Below, piece after piece: positions 1 to 8,219 of a DNA stretch of 32,000 nt (position 1 is its first letter; the number at the start of each line of letters is the position of its first letter). The stretch lies in contig NC_004460.2 in the NCBI RefSeq assembly GCF_000039765.1, positions 90,001 through 122,000 of the forward strand, given 5' to 3'. The notes beneath the pieces are model-generated. The model was given only the letters and a program-made list of their open reading frames with translations. It was not told where the DNA came from and made no database searches. The position numbers and the translations under genes were made by a program. Source of the stretch: Vibrio vulnificus CMCP6 (GTDB taxonomy: Bacteria; Pseudomonadota; Gammaproteobacteria; Enterobacterales; Vibrionaceae).

Positions 1-2
1 GA

Positions 3-407
3 TTGAGCTCAGAAAATGGTAATTCTTATCAGCTAAGATCATCAAGTTATGTAATTAGTCACACAGCATGTATAGACTTATATGAGTGCTATCCGTTCCG
101 AGTGGTTTATTGCAACTCCTTGTCGAAAACCTTGGTTCAAGAATTACTGAAAGAGAACAAAATTGATACGCGGTTTGTCTCAAGTTGGGTAAGCACGAGT
201 TCTGCAAGACTGATGAACAAAGAGTTGGAAAACCATGGCACCATCATGGTTTGTCCAGACTGGTCAGTTAGAGAGCCTAACTACAAGAAGATTCCTACTA
301 GCCAACAGGTCAATATGAATGTGGGGTTTAGCGAAGGGATGTCTGATGAGTTAGACAAAATTGGCTTAAAGGCGAAACTCAACGATCTTTTTGAACAGCA
401 TCATTAA
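3..407 (+). CDS. hypothetical protein, probably the 3' part of a gene that starts left of the window
   Basis: The frame is open from the window edge to TAA 405-407. TTG at base 3 is only the first possible start. No motif recognised. Confidence 0.35.
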   Translation: MSSENGNSYQLRSSSYVISHTACIDLYECYPFRVVYCNSLSKTLVQELLKENKIDTRFVSSWVSTSSARLMNKELENHGTIMVCPDWSVREPNYKKIPTSQQVNMNVGFSEGMSDELDKIGLKAKLNDLFEQHH

Positions 408-410
408 CAG

Positions 411-863
411 CTATCTGAGGACCAACAAGCTTAATAGCATAAACAAACAGCATGATGCAGAAATAGGTATTCCGTAAGGGATGCCTATTTTTTTTATCTC
501 CTTTTTGGCAATCAAGCAATACACATAAACACCTATTACAGTGATTCCACCAAATAAGCCGATATAGCAAATGGCTTCAATTGCATAGTCGGGTTTTACG
601 CCCACCATCATGACTGGAAAGTATTTTGCGTCACCACCACCCCAAAATCCTAATAGCCATAATATAAAACTGAATGCAAAGCATAATGTTGCAATTAAAA
701 AGGAGTGTAATAAATAACCATTTAGAAAAGCAAAAATAAAGCAACAAAGAAAAGTAAAAACAACGGTGTGGTTCGATATGACGCGAGATTTGGCATCAGT
801 AAATGATGCGTAGAGTGCTGTAAAAAATATTAATGTTATGGCGAGTTGCATAAATGTTTCCAA
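411..863 (-). CDS. tadV: Flp prepilin peptidase, A24 aspartic peptidase family (TadV/CpaA type)
   Basis: 150-aa polytopic membrane ORF. Both catalytic-Asp contexts of prepilin peptidases are present (FTDAKSR and WGGGDAKY). It is the short form without a methyltransferase domain and is divergent from flp. Confidence 0.85.
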   Translation of the reverse strand: METFMQLAITLIFFTALYASFTDAKSRVISNHTVVFTFLCCFIFAFLNGYLLHSFLIATLCFAFSFILWLLGFWGGGDAKYFPVMMVGVKPDYAIEAICYIGLFGGITVIGVYVYCLIAKKEIKKIGIPYGIPISASCCLFMLLSLLVLR

Positions 864-1050
864 AAATAAAGCCTATTTTATATTAGTTTGCACTTTCTTA
901 GTAACTATTATATTTATAGTGTCATAATGCTTTTTTATCATAACTTTGTATTATGGATATATAAATCTTATTCATTGGCGTTTGTTATTCCATTAGTTTA
1001 ATTTGTCTTCACCCCATAACGACACATTTTAAAGTTAATAAGAGGATAGT

Positions 1051-1341
1051 ATGTTTAACAAAGTTATGACAAAAGCGATTGAGTGGAAATTAAACTTCAA
1101 TGAAAGTATCTGTAAACTAAAAGAAGATGATCGTGCTGTAACGGCAGTAGAATATGCGATTATTGCCGTTGCTATGTCTGCCGTTTTATTAGCGATTTTC
1201 AAGAATGGTACTTTGACTGGTGCAATTACTGATGCGATGGATAGTGTTTCAAGTGCTATTTCTGCAGAAAATGGTGGTACTGGTGGTACTGGTGGTACTG
1301 GTGGTACTGGTGGTACTGGTGGTGGTGCAGCTGGCAGTTAA
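1051..1341 (+). CDS. flp: Flp-family type IVc pilin precursor
   Basis: SD AGAGGA at 1041-1046, 4 nt before the ATG. Flp motif ...DDRA/VTAVEYAIIAVAMSAVLLAIF (G/XXXXEY class) followed by a hydrophobic helix. 96 aa with a C-terminal GGT x5 tail. Confidence 0.85.
   Translation: MFNKVMTKAIEWKLNFNESICKLKEDDRAVTAVEYAIIAVAMSAVLLAIFKNGTLTGAITDAMDSVSSAISAENGGTGGTGGTGGTGGTGGGAAGS
1273..1326 (+). repeat. perfect 9-bp tandem repeat (ggtggtact x5 plus partial ggtggtggt) inside flp
   Basis: Five identical in-frame units at 1273-1317, then a degenerate unit at 1318-1326. They encode GGTGGTGGTGGTGGTGGG. Confidence 0.95.
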
Positions 1342-1358
1342 TTACTTCCCAATATTGA

Positions 1359-1384
1359 ATGGAGGGAAACCTCCATTTTTCTCT
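1359..1384 (+). terminator. intrinsic terminator/attenuator immediately after flp
   Basis: Stem atggagg (1359-1365) pairs with cctccat (1370-1376) around a GAAA tetraloop, followed by tttttctcttatt. Confidence 0.6.
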
Positions 1385-1403
1385 TATTAAAAAAGACAAA
1401 ATA

Positions 1404-2177
1404 ATGAATAGAGCCGTTATCATTCTTTTCCTTTCCCTTGCAATATTCAGCACGCTGTTTTTTCTTATGGGTGATATGTTTGAAACTGAAGAAGTTGTCG
1501 CAGCAGAACCTGTAATAGAGCCCACGGTAGTCTTACTTGAATTGACTCAAGGTGTTGAAAAATCTGGGATTGTATCTAAGTCTGTGTACAAGGAAATTGA
1601 AGTAAAACTATCTGAAGCACACAGCAACCGACACGCATTAAAGAACGAACTGAATATTCAACCAGGTGCGCTTTTTAACCGACCGTTACTCAAAGGAACC
1701 ATATTGTCGAACGATGTGATCAGTAACCCTGGTGATCGTGATTATATGTTCTTGTCTCTAAAAAAAGATGAAGTGCCTTATTATTACGAACCATCCAGTT
1801 CAAATATTATTGAGAATATCACTTTGCAACCAGGTGACAGCGTCAGTTTTGTTTCCACTACATCATCAAGATCTAATTTACTAGAAACTGGTTATAAAGA
1901 TATTGGACATCTCGTTAGTAAAATCATTATTAGCGATGCAAAGGTCATACAAGTCATTAAGTCAGAGAGAAATGTAAATACTACAAAAGCTTCTGAGTCG
2001 CAAAATAGTTTGGTCATTGCGTTGAAAGTACCGCAGGTATTGAAGCTAGAAATGGCACAAAAGATTGGTGATATCAGTATTGTTCCTTCCAGCGTAGCTA
2101 AGCGTTACCTATCGATTCGCAGTAGCGATATTCTGGAAGATCAATTTGGCGTTAGAGAATTACGTGGTAAGGAATAA
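1404..2177 (+). CDS. rcpC: Flp pilus assembly protein RcpC/CpaB
   Basis: Occupies the second position after flp. N-terminal TM helix MNRAVIILFLSLAIFSTLFFLMG. ATG 1404 is preferred because the track start at 1359 lies inside the terminator stem. The family call rests on synteny, size and topology. Confidence 0.65.
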   Translation: MNRAVIILFLSLAIFSTLFFLMGDMFETEEVVAAEPVIEPTVVLLELTQGVEKSGIVSKSVYKEIEVKLSEAHSNRHALKNELNIQPGALFNRPLLKGTILSNDVISNPGDRDYMFLSLKKDEVPYYYEPSSSNIIENITLQPGDSVSFVSTTSSRSNLLETGYKDIGHLVSKIIISDAKVIQVIKSERNVNTTKASESQNSLVIALKVPQVLKLEMAQKIGDISIVPSSVAKRYLSIRSSDILEDQFGVRELRGKE

Positions 2178-2179
2178 AA

Positions 2180-3505
2180 ATGAAAAAAACATTAATGTGT
2201 TTACTAATCACCACGATTGGCGTTGTCTCTTTATCGGTTAATTCTAATGAACTAATGAATTTAAATCAGGGTTCAGCAAAAACTATCTCTTTGAAACGTC
2301 AAATTTCAACTGTATTTGTAGGTGCCCCAGAAATTGCCGACTATAAAATCATCGATGAAACCAAAGTGGTAGTTTACGGTGTTGGTCTTGGTGCGACTTC
2401 TGTAATTGTCTATGACCGAGCCGGAAATGAGCTTTATAACGCGGAAGTGGTGGTTAATAAAAGTCTGCGATTGGTAAAACAGACGTTGATTGCCCGTTTT
2501 CCAGATGAGTCTATCAACATTACCAATGTAGGCGAGCAGGTTGTTCTTGACGGGGTGGTAAGCAGTGAGGAAGTAAAAACTCAGATTTATCGTACCGTCG
2601 GCGAAATGCTTAAGAAAAGCGTCACTCGTAATACGCTTACTCTACAAGATACGAGCGGTGGACAAGTTGATTCTTTGGATTACACCGCCACTTATATTTA
2701 CGACAACATTATCAACAATCTCAAGGTGCTGACTACCGAGCAGATCAACGTCAAACTAACAGTAGCCGAAGTATCGAGCTCGTTTCTATCTGAGCTAGGT
2801 GTCTCTTATTCAGACAGTGGTCAGGCGGGGCGTTTTGTGAACAAACTGCTTGATTTTACGGCTCAGGACATCGTTGCGGTAATTACTGCTAGTGGTGACG
2901 ACCAAATTGGTCGTGTACTTGCCGAACCCAATCTTTCGGTGATTTCTGGTGAAACCGCAAGCTTTCTTGTTGGTGGTGAATTGCCAATCGCGATCCGTGA
3001 TGAGAGCGGAATTAGCGTGTCTTATAAAGAATATGGTGTGAAGTTGTCTATGGTCGCCAAGGTGACGGATTCGGAAAACATTCGCTTATCACTGTTGCCA
3101 GAAGTCAGCTCTATCGACGAAGAAAACAAGACCGCGAATGGTTTGATCAATGTACCTGCGCTACGTACACGTAAAGCTCAAACGACCGTTCAACTAAAGG
3201 ATGGCCAGAGTTTTGTATTGGCAGGTTTGTTAACGTCAGAAGAGCGTGAGTCATTAAGCAAAATCCCTGTATTGGGTGATATTCCTATTCTTGGTGCGTT
3301 GTTCAGCCATACAAAATCCAATCAAACCAAGACTGAATTAATCATTGTCGCCACGGTGAACTTGGTTGACCCAGTCAAAGCGGAAGACATCAAACTACCA
3401 AGTTTCCGTCGCACCAGTGATATCGAGCGTCTACTGAGAATCGACCTCTCATCAATGAATGAACCTGAGTTGGAAGATACGTTGAACAAAGGGGGATTCA
3501 ATTAA
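2180..3505 (+). CDS. rcpA: Tad secretin RcpA/CpaC
   Basis: Signal peptide present. Secretin C-domain signature ...SKIPVLGDIPILGALFSHT... 441 aa. Starts 2 nt after the rcpC stop. Confidence 0.9.
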   Translation: MKKTLMCLLITTIGVVSLSVNSNELMNLNQGSAKTISLKRQISTVFVGAPEIADYKIIDETKVVVYGVGLGATSVIVYDRAGNELYNAEVVVNKSLRLVKQTLIARFPDESINITNVGEQVVLDGVVSSEEVKTQIYRTVGEMLKKSVTRNTLTLQDTSGGQVDSLDYTATYIYDNIINNLKVLTTEQINVKLTVAEVSSSFLSELGVSYSDSGQAGRFVNKLLDFTAQDIVAVITASGDDQIGRVLAEPNLSVISGETASFLVGGELPIAIRDESGISVSYKEYGVKLSMVAKVTDSENIRLSLLPEVSSIDEENKTANGLINVPALRTRKAQTTVQLKDGQSFVLAGLLTSEERESLSKIPVLGDIPILGALFSHTKSNQTKTELIIVATVNLVDPVKAEDIKLPSFRRTSDIERLLRIDLSSMNEPELEDTLNKGGFN

Positions 3506-3966
3506 TGAAAAAATGGTTATTGGTTTTATTTGTTTTGCTTCTGAACGCTTGTTCAAACGTCAATATTTCAAACACCAGTGTGATGGAACAGCTTCAAGAG
3601 AGCTATGAGTTTGATGCAACAGGCAAAGAGTATTCGGTATCTCGCGCCATGTCATTTATCAACGAAGTCAATGAGCGTGAACCGAAAGCAAAATTCAAGA
3701 TCTACTATCAACCAAGTGCGAGTGAATTTATCGATAAGCTTTTGGTGCAGCTAAAAAGTTCAAAAATTAGCAAGATCCGCTACGAAGTTGAAATTGCGCC
3801 GAATGAACAGAAAAAAGCCATTCTAATTCAAGCTCAGTATGTTCATATCCGCAGTCAAAACTGTGGAAGTCTCGCATTTTCAAGCAAAGATGAATACCGA
3901 TTCGGTTGCGCGTTAGAACACAACCGAAACATTAGTTTGGTTAACCCATTGAAGAGTACTTACTGA
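3505..3966 (+). CDS. cpaD: pilus assembly lipoprotein, CpaD-like (RcpB position)
   Basis: Lipobox LLNAC|S. C-terminal QNCG...FGCALEHNRNISLVNP resembles the CpaD family motif. The start overlaps the rcpA stop by 1 nt. Confidence 0.6.
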   Translation: MKKWLLVLFVLLLNACSNVNISNTSVMEQLQESYEFDATGKEYSVSRAMSFINEVNEREPKAKFKIYYQPSASEFIDKLLVQLKSSKISKIRYEVEIAPNEQKKAILIQAQYVHIRSQNCGSLAFSSKDEYRFGCALEHNRNISLVNPLKSTY

Positions 3967-5168
3967 TGATGGATCTCGATACATTATTTAAAAGTTCATC
4001 CTCAAAAAGAAAAGGTGGCAACACCAACCAAGATTTGATCGTGTCTGACGATTCGGGGTTTCTTGCTGCCGTTGATGAACTGTACGCAATCGAGGGGTTT
4101 GAAAAGCCCCTCAAAGTAACCGATTTGGATGAAGAAACAACCTGGAATCGCAGTGACGTCACCTTAAATCACGTCATTTTGGATATGCGTAATAACCAAA
4201 ACATGGTGGAGGAGGTTTCTGATATTGCGACCCGTCTTGATGTCAGCATCAAGCTTTTGGTTATTAGTAATTTTGATTCGATCAAGTTACGCGACCGTGT
4301 GCAGTCGTGCGGTGCCAGCTACATTCTTTGGGATGAAGAGCTCGATGGATTATTAGCGAGCTTAAAGCGTGACATTGCAGAAGCATCAAAAAGCGGTAAG
4401 ACACGTATTGCGAAAAGAATCCTTATCTTGGGTACAAAAGGTGGTATCGGGGTTTCTTGTATTAGTAGCGTGTTGGCCAATGCATTGGTTAAAAATGCCA
4501 ACCTAAAAACTCTAGTGGTTGATCACGATTCAGGTGCGATGAATGGCGATATTTTTCTCGGTGTTAAGGGGTACAAAATCAAGGAAAACAGTATCGATTT
4601 GAATCAGTCAGAGATCGATTCTGCCATTGCCACCACGTATCTGTGTAAAGTGACCGAAAAGCTGGACTATTTAGCCTTGGAAAAAACCACTGCGTGCCTG
4701 AGCGATCATGCATCGACTCTATTCAGTCTTTCTTCAGAACTGGTTGATAAATATAACTTTATTATTGATTCGGTACCGATGAGTTCCTTTGAAGAGGTTC
4801 ACGACCAAGATTTAGCGGATAAATACCACCGGATTTACTTAGTTTGTGAACCGTCTGTCTCTTCATTACGCGCTTACAACCGATTCAAAAAGAAAATCGG
4901 TAAGGCGGAGCATCAGGTGATTTTTAGCCAGACACGTCCTCACAAAGATTATTTGGTGACACTAAAAAGTGCCAAAGAGCGAATCAAATGCCATTCGTCT
5001 GTCGATTTTGCCTATGAACCGGGTTTGGAACAAAAGCTGATTCAAATGGGCACCAGTGGCTTGATGAAGAGCAAATACGCGACGTCTATCGCTGAAATGG
5101 TTTCGTCTCTTACCGGAAAGCAAATCCAGACTAAAAACGCTAAAAAATTCACGTTGTTTAAAAAATGA
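3966..5168 (+). CDS. tadZ: TadZ/CpaE ParA/MinD-like pilus localisation ATPase
   Basis: Deviant Walker A ILGTKGGIGVSCIS in the C-terminal half and a receiver-like N-terminal half. Synteny between the secretin module and tadA. Confidence 0.8.
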   Translation: MMDLDTLFKSSSSKRKGGNTNQDLIVSDDSGFLAAVDELYAIEGFEKPLKVTDLDEETTWNRSDVTLNHVILDMRNNQNMVEEVSDIATRLDVSIKLLVISNFDSIKLRDRVQSCGASYILWDEELDGLLASLKRDIAEASKSGKTRIAKRILILGTKGGIGVSCISSVLANALVKNANLKTLVVDHDSGAMNGDIFLGVKGYKIKENSIDLNQSEIDSAIATTYLCKVTEKLDYLALEKTTACLSDHASTLFSLSSELVDKYNFIIDSVPMSSFEEVHDQDLADKYHRIYLVCEPSVSSLRAYNRFKKKIGKAEHQVIFSQTRPHKDYLVTLKSAKERIKCHSSVDFAYEPGLEQKLIQMGTSGLMKSKYATSIAEMVSSLTGKQIQTKNAKKFTLFKK

Positions 5169-6430
5169 ATCAACTAAAGCAGATCTATCTCGACTTGCGA
5201 GATGAAATTTTTGATGCGATTGATGCCTCAACCTTAAGCGAAATCAGTAACGAAGAGCTGGCGGAGCAGTTGTCGGAGTCGGTCAATATCTTGATCGACA
5301 AAAAACAACTGCAGGTGAGTTCGCTAAAGCGTGCCGAGCTAGTTAAAGCGCTTTACGATGAACTTAAAGGGTTGGGACCACTGCAAAAATTGGTCGAAAA
5401 TGACGATATCTCGGACATCATGATCAATGGTCCATATGACGTCTTTATTGAAATTGGCGGTAAGGTAGAAAAGTCACCGATCCAATTCGTCAATGAAAAG
5501 CAGCTGAATACTATTGCCAAGCGCATTGCATCGAATGTTGGTCGCCGCATCGATGAGTCATCTCCTTTGTGTGATGCGCGATTAAAAGACGGTAGCCGTG
5601 TCAATATCGTTATTCCTCCATTGGCAATTGATGGCACCTCCATCTCTATTCGTAAATTCAAAGAGCAAAAGATCAAACTAGAAAACTTGGTTGAGTTTGG
5701 CGCCATGTCGATAGAAATGGCCAAGTTGTTGTCTATCGCCAGCCACTGTAAATGCAATATTTTGATCTCTGGTGGTACCGGTTCGGGGAAAACAACCTTG
5801 CTCAACGCGCTGTCGGGATTTATCGGTGAGGGCGAACGTGTGGTCACCATTGAAGATGCGGCCGAATTGCAGTTGCAAAAGCCTCATATCGTTCGGTTAG
5901 AAACACGTCAAGCAAGTGTTGAAGGCACGGGGCAGATCACGGCTCGTGACCTAGTTATCAACGCCCTGCGTATGCGTCCGGACCGTATTATTGTTGGTGA
6001 GTGTCGTGGTGCAGAGGCTTTTGAGATGTTGCAGGCGATGAACACCGGCCATGATGGTTCAATGTCTACATTGCACGCCAACACGCCGCGAGATGCAATT
6101 GCACGTACAGAAAGCATGGTGATGATGGCAACTGCATCGCTACCATTGGAGGCGATACGCCGCACCATCGTGAGTGCGGTGGATTTGATTGTCCAGGTAA
6201 GGCGTCTCCACGATGGCAGCCGTAAAGTCATGTACATCAGTGAAATTGTCGGGCTAGAAGGTAACAATGTGGTGATGGAAGATATTTTCCGATTTGAAAC
6301 CACAGGCAGCTTTGATAGCGGCAAGATCCAAGGTGAGTTTCGCTCGCCTGGTTTGTCAAAGCGCTCGGTTATTTATGAGCGAGCTCGTTTCTTTGGTTTA
6401 GAAGATACGGTCCGGGAGTTGTTTTCATGA
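5165..6430 (+). CDS. tadA: TadA/CpaF secretion ATPase
   Basis: Walker A GGTGSGKTT, Asp/Walker B region VTIEDAAEL...RPDRIIVGECRG, His box NTGHDGSMSTLHAN. 4-nt overlap with tadZ. Confidence 0.95.
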   Translation: MNQLKQIYLDLRDEIFDAIDASTLSEISNEELAEQLSESVNILIDKKQLQVSSLKRAELVKALYDELKGLGPLQKLVENDDISDIMINGPYDVFIEIGGKVEKSPIQFVNEKQLNTIAKRIASNVGRRIDESSPLCDARLKDGSRVNIVIPPLAIDGTSISIRKFKEQKIKLENLVEFGAMSIEMAKLLSIASHCKCNILISGGTGSGKTTLLNALSGFIGEGERVVTIEDAAELQLQKPHIVRLETRQASVEGTGQITARDLVINALRMRPDRIIVGECRGAEAFEMLQAMNTGHDGSMSTLHANTPRDAIARTESMVMMATASLPLEAIRRTIVSAVDLIVQVRRLHDGSRKVMYISEIVGLEGNNVVMEDIFRFETTGSFDSGKIQGEFRSPGLSKRSVIYERARFFGLEDTVRELFS

Positions 6431-7344
6431 TGTGGCTAATGGTGCTCTCTTGGGTAGCTCTTGCTATCTATTTTGTCACGCATAAGAAGAAACAAGAAAA
6501 AGCGATCCAGCGTATTATCGAGCTCGAACAAGATTTTGAAGGGGTTAAAGGGCAAAGAACCGTCATTGATGCGCAAAAATTTGAAGTGAGTTTTCGCGCC
6601 AAAGTTCGTCGTCATTTTAAAGCGTTTGTGACCATTTTGATGCCCAATCCAATTAAGAAGATCGGGTTGTTCTTGTTAGTCACGGCGATCGCGCTCTACT
6701 TGACTAATGACTTCGTTTTACAGATGAATTTTCTGACGTTGCTGATGTATGCACAACCACCTTTATTTGTTGTGTTCGTGATTAAACTTCAACAAGCCAA
6801 AGCAGCTAAGTTTAAAGAAGATTTTCCAGATGCGCTTAACATACTTTCTGGTGCACTTTCTTCAGGCCAAAGTATTGTTCATGCATTTGAGTATGTGGGG
6901 AATCAACTACAAAACGAAGTAGGGAAGCAATTTAAGTTGATGGCGGAACGCTTGCTGATGGGGGAGGACCCCGATGATGTTCTGTCAAGAAGTGCCGCCT
7001 CTTTCCCATATGTAGAATACTTTTTCTTTGCGGCGACTATTCGCATTAACCTGAGTCGCGGTGGTCAATTAAAAGAGGTTATCTCTCGTATTAACCGCAT
7101 CATGTTTGAAGCGCGCGCTATCGACAAGAAGAAAAATGCTCTGACTTCAGAAGCCCGAATGTCAGCCAAAATCATTGCTTGTTTACCCGTTGTCTTCTTG
7201 TTGATTTTGAAATTTACAAGCCCAGAAAATTATAATTATGTAATGTTTGAGGAAGGTGGGAAGCCGATATTTTACTACGTTCTTACTAGTGAAATTATTG
7301 GATTTATTTGCATCTGGTTTATTTTGCGAGGGGTGAAGTCATGA
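6427..7344 (+). CDS. tadB: TadB inner-membrane platform protein (T2SS-F-like)
   Basis: Polytopic ORF with a central cytoplasmic T2SSF-like segment (FPDALNILSGALSSGQS). ATGA overlap with tadA. Synteny. Confidence 0.8.
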   Translation: MMWLMVLSWVALAIYFVTHKKKQEKAIQRIIELEQDFEGVKGQRTVIDAQKFEVSFRAKVRRHFKAFVTILMPNPIKKIGLFLLVTAIALYLTNDFVLQMNFLTLLMYAQPPLFVVFVIKLQQAKAAKFKEDFPDALNILSGALSSGQSIVHAFEYVGNQLQNEVGKQFKLMAERLLMGEDPDDVLSRSAASFPYVEYFFFAATIRINLSRGGQLKEVISRINRIMFEARAIDKKKNALTSEARMSAKIIACLPVVFLLILKFTSPENYNYVMFEEGGKPIFYYVLTSEIIGFICIWFILRGVKS

Positions 7345-8219
7345 GCCTTTCGCTATCTGGCGTTATTTTTATTTTTGTCGCTCTTATTATTTCTGTTGTT
7401 GTGGCTGTTTTTGCTTTAAAAGTTTGGGATGAAACCAGAGCGGAAATATCAGTTAGAAAAATAATTGGTTCAACAAAAGAACAAAAAAAACGTGATGATC
7501 TTTTTTTATCCTTCTTCAAGCGTTTTAGTTTTAATAAAGACGAAACAAAAAAGAAATTGGTAGCAGCTGGAGTTTATAGTGATTTCATTGCTCAGACTTA
7601 TTATTTGTTCAAAATAATTCCTTTATTCTTGACGATTTTAATTAGTGTTTATTTGATGAGCATAAAAGTCTTAGATACTAATGAGCTCATACTAACGATA
7701 GCGCTGGGAATGGTCATTTTTGTTGTTGGACCGGATATGTATATATCGTCTAGAGCGAATAGCATTACTCGACACATTAGCTCACGTTTACCCTTCTTGT
7801 TAGATCTAATGAACGTGTGTGTCCATACGGGTATGACCATTGAAGCGACACTTGAGTACTTAGCTAAAGAGTTGCAAACGGTTGATAAATACCTGGCATT
7901 TACTGTCAATGTGACTGTTCAGCGCTCAAAAGTGATTGGAATAAACAAAGCGCTAGAAGAGTTTTATGAAATGGTGCCCTCGAGTGAGGCGCAAAGTTTT
8001 GTAATGACGCTCATTCAAAGTTTGCAATTTGGTTCTTCAGTTGGCCAAGTGTTAGGCACACTTGCCACCGATATTCGCCAAATTAATATGATGGAACTCG
8101 AAGAGAAAATAGGAAAGCTTGGTGCAAAAATGTCAATTCCTATGATCGTGTTTATTATGTTGCCCATCATTATTTTGATTATTGCTCCAGGAATTATGAG
8201 GATGTTCTCTAATGGCTAA
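7341..8219 (+). CDS. tadC: TadC inner-membrane platform protein (T2SS-F-like)
   Basis: ATG 7341 overlaps the tadB TGA (ATGA) and follows GAGGGGTGA. T2SSF-like segment LPFLLDLMNVCVHTGMT. The track start at 7308 is less likely. Confidence 0.8.
   Translation: MSLSLSGVIFIFVALIISVVVAVFALKVWDETRAEISVRKIIGSTKEQKKRDDLFLSFFKRFSFNKDETKKKLVAAGVYSDFIAQTYYLFKIIPLFLTILISVYLMSIKVLDTNELILTIALGMVIFVVGPDMYISSRANSITRHISSRLPFLLDLMNVCVHTGMTIEATLEYLAKELQTVDKYLAFTVNVTVQRSKVIGINKALEEFYEMVPSSEAQSFVMTLIQSLQFGSSVGQVLGTLATDIRQINMMELEEKIGKLGAKMSIPMIVFIMLPIIILIIAPGIMRMFSNG

Noticed and set aside
1273-1326. Possible CRISPR-like or other spaced repeat array
   Set aside because: The units are 9 bp, contiguous, in frame and inside a pilin gene. 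There are no spacers, so this is a coding microsatellite.
1256-1525. Minus-strand ORF with a striking HQYHQYHQYHQYHQYHH repeat
   Set aside because: It is the antisense translation of the GGT-encoding 9-bp tandem repeat in flp and also crosses the flp terminator. It has no SD and no independent support.
5353-6324. Long antisense ORFs (165 aa and 138 aa) inside tadA
   Set aside because: They lie opposite a gene with unambiguous ATPase motifs and have no SD or recognisable domains. Similar shadow ORFs occur opposite the DASS transporter (16137-16782, 16954-17325), the HMG-CoA reductase gene (26583-27725) and yccS (28663-29037, 30083-30758).
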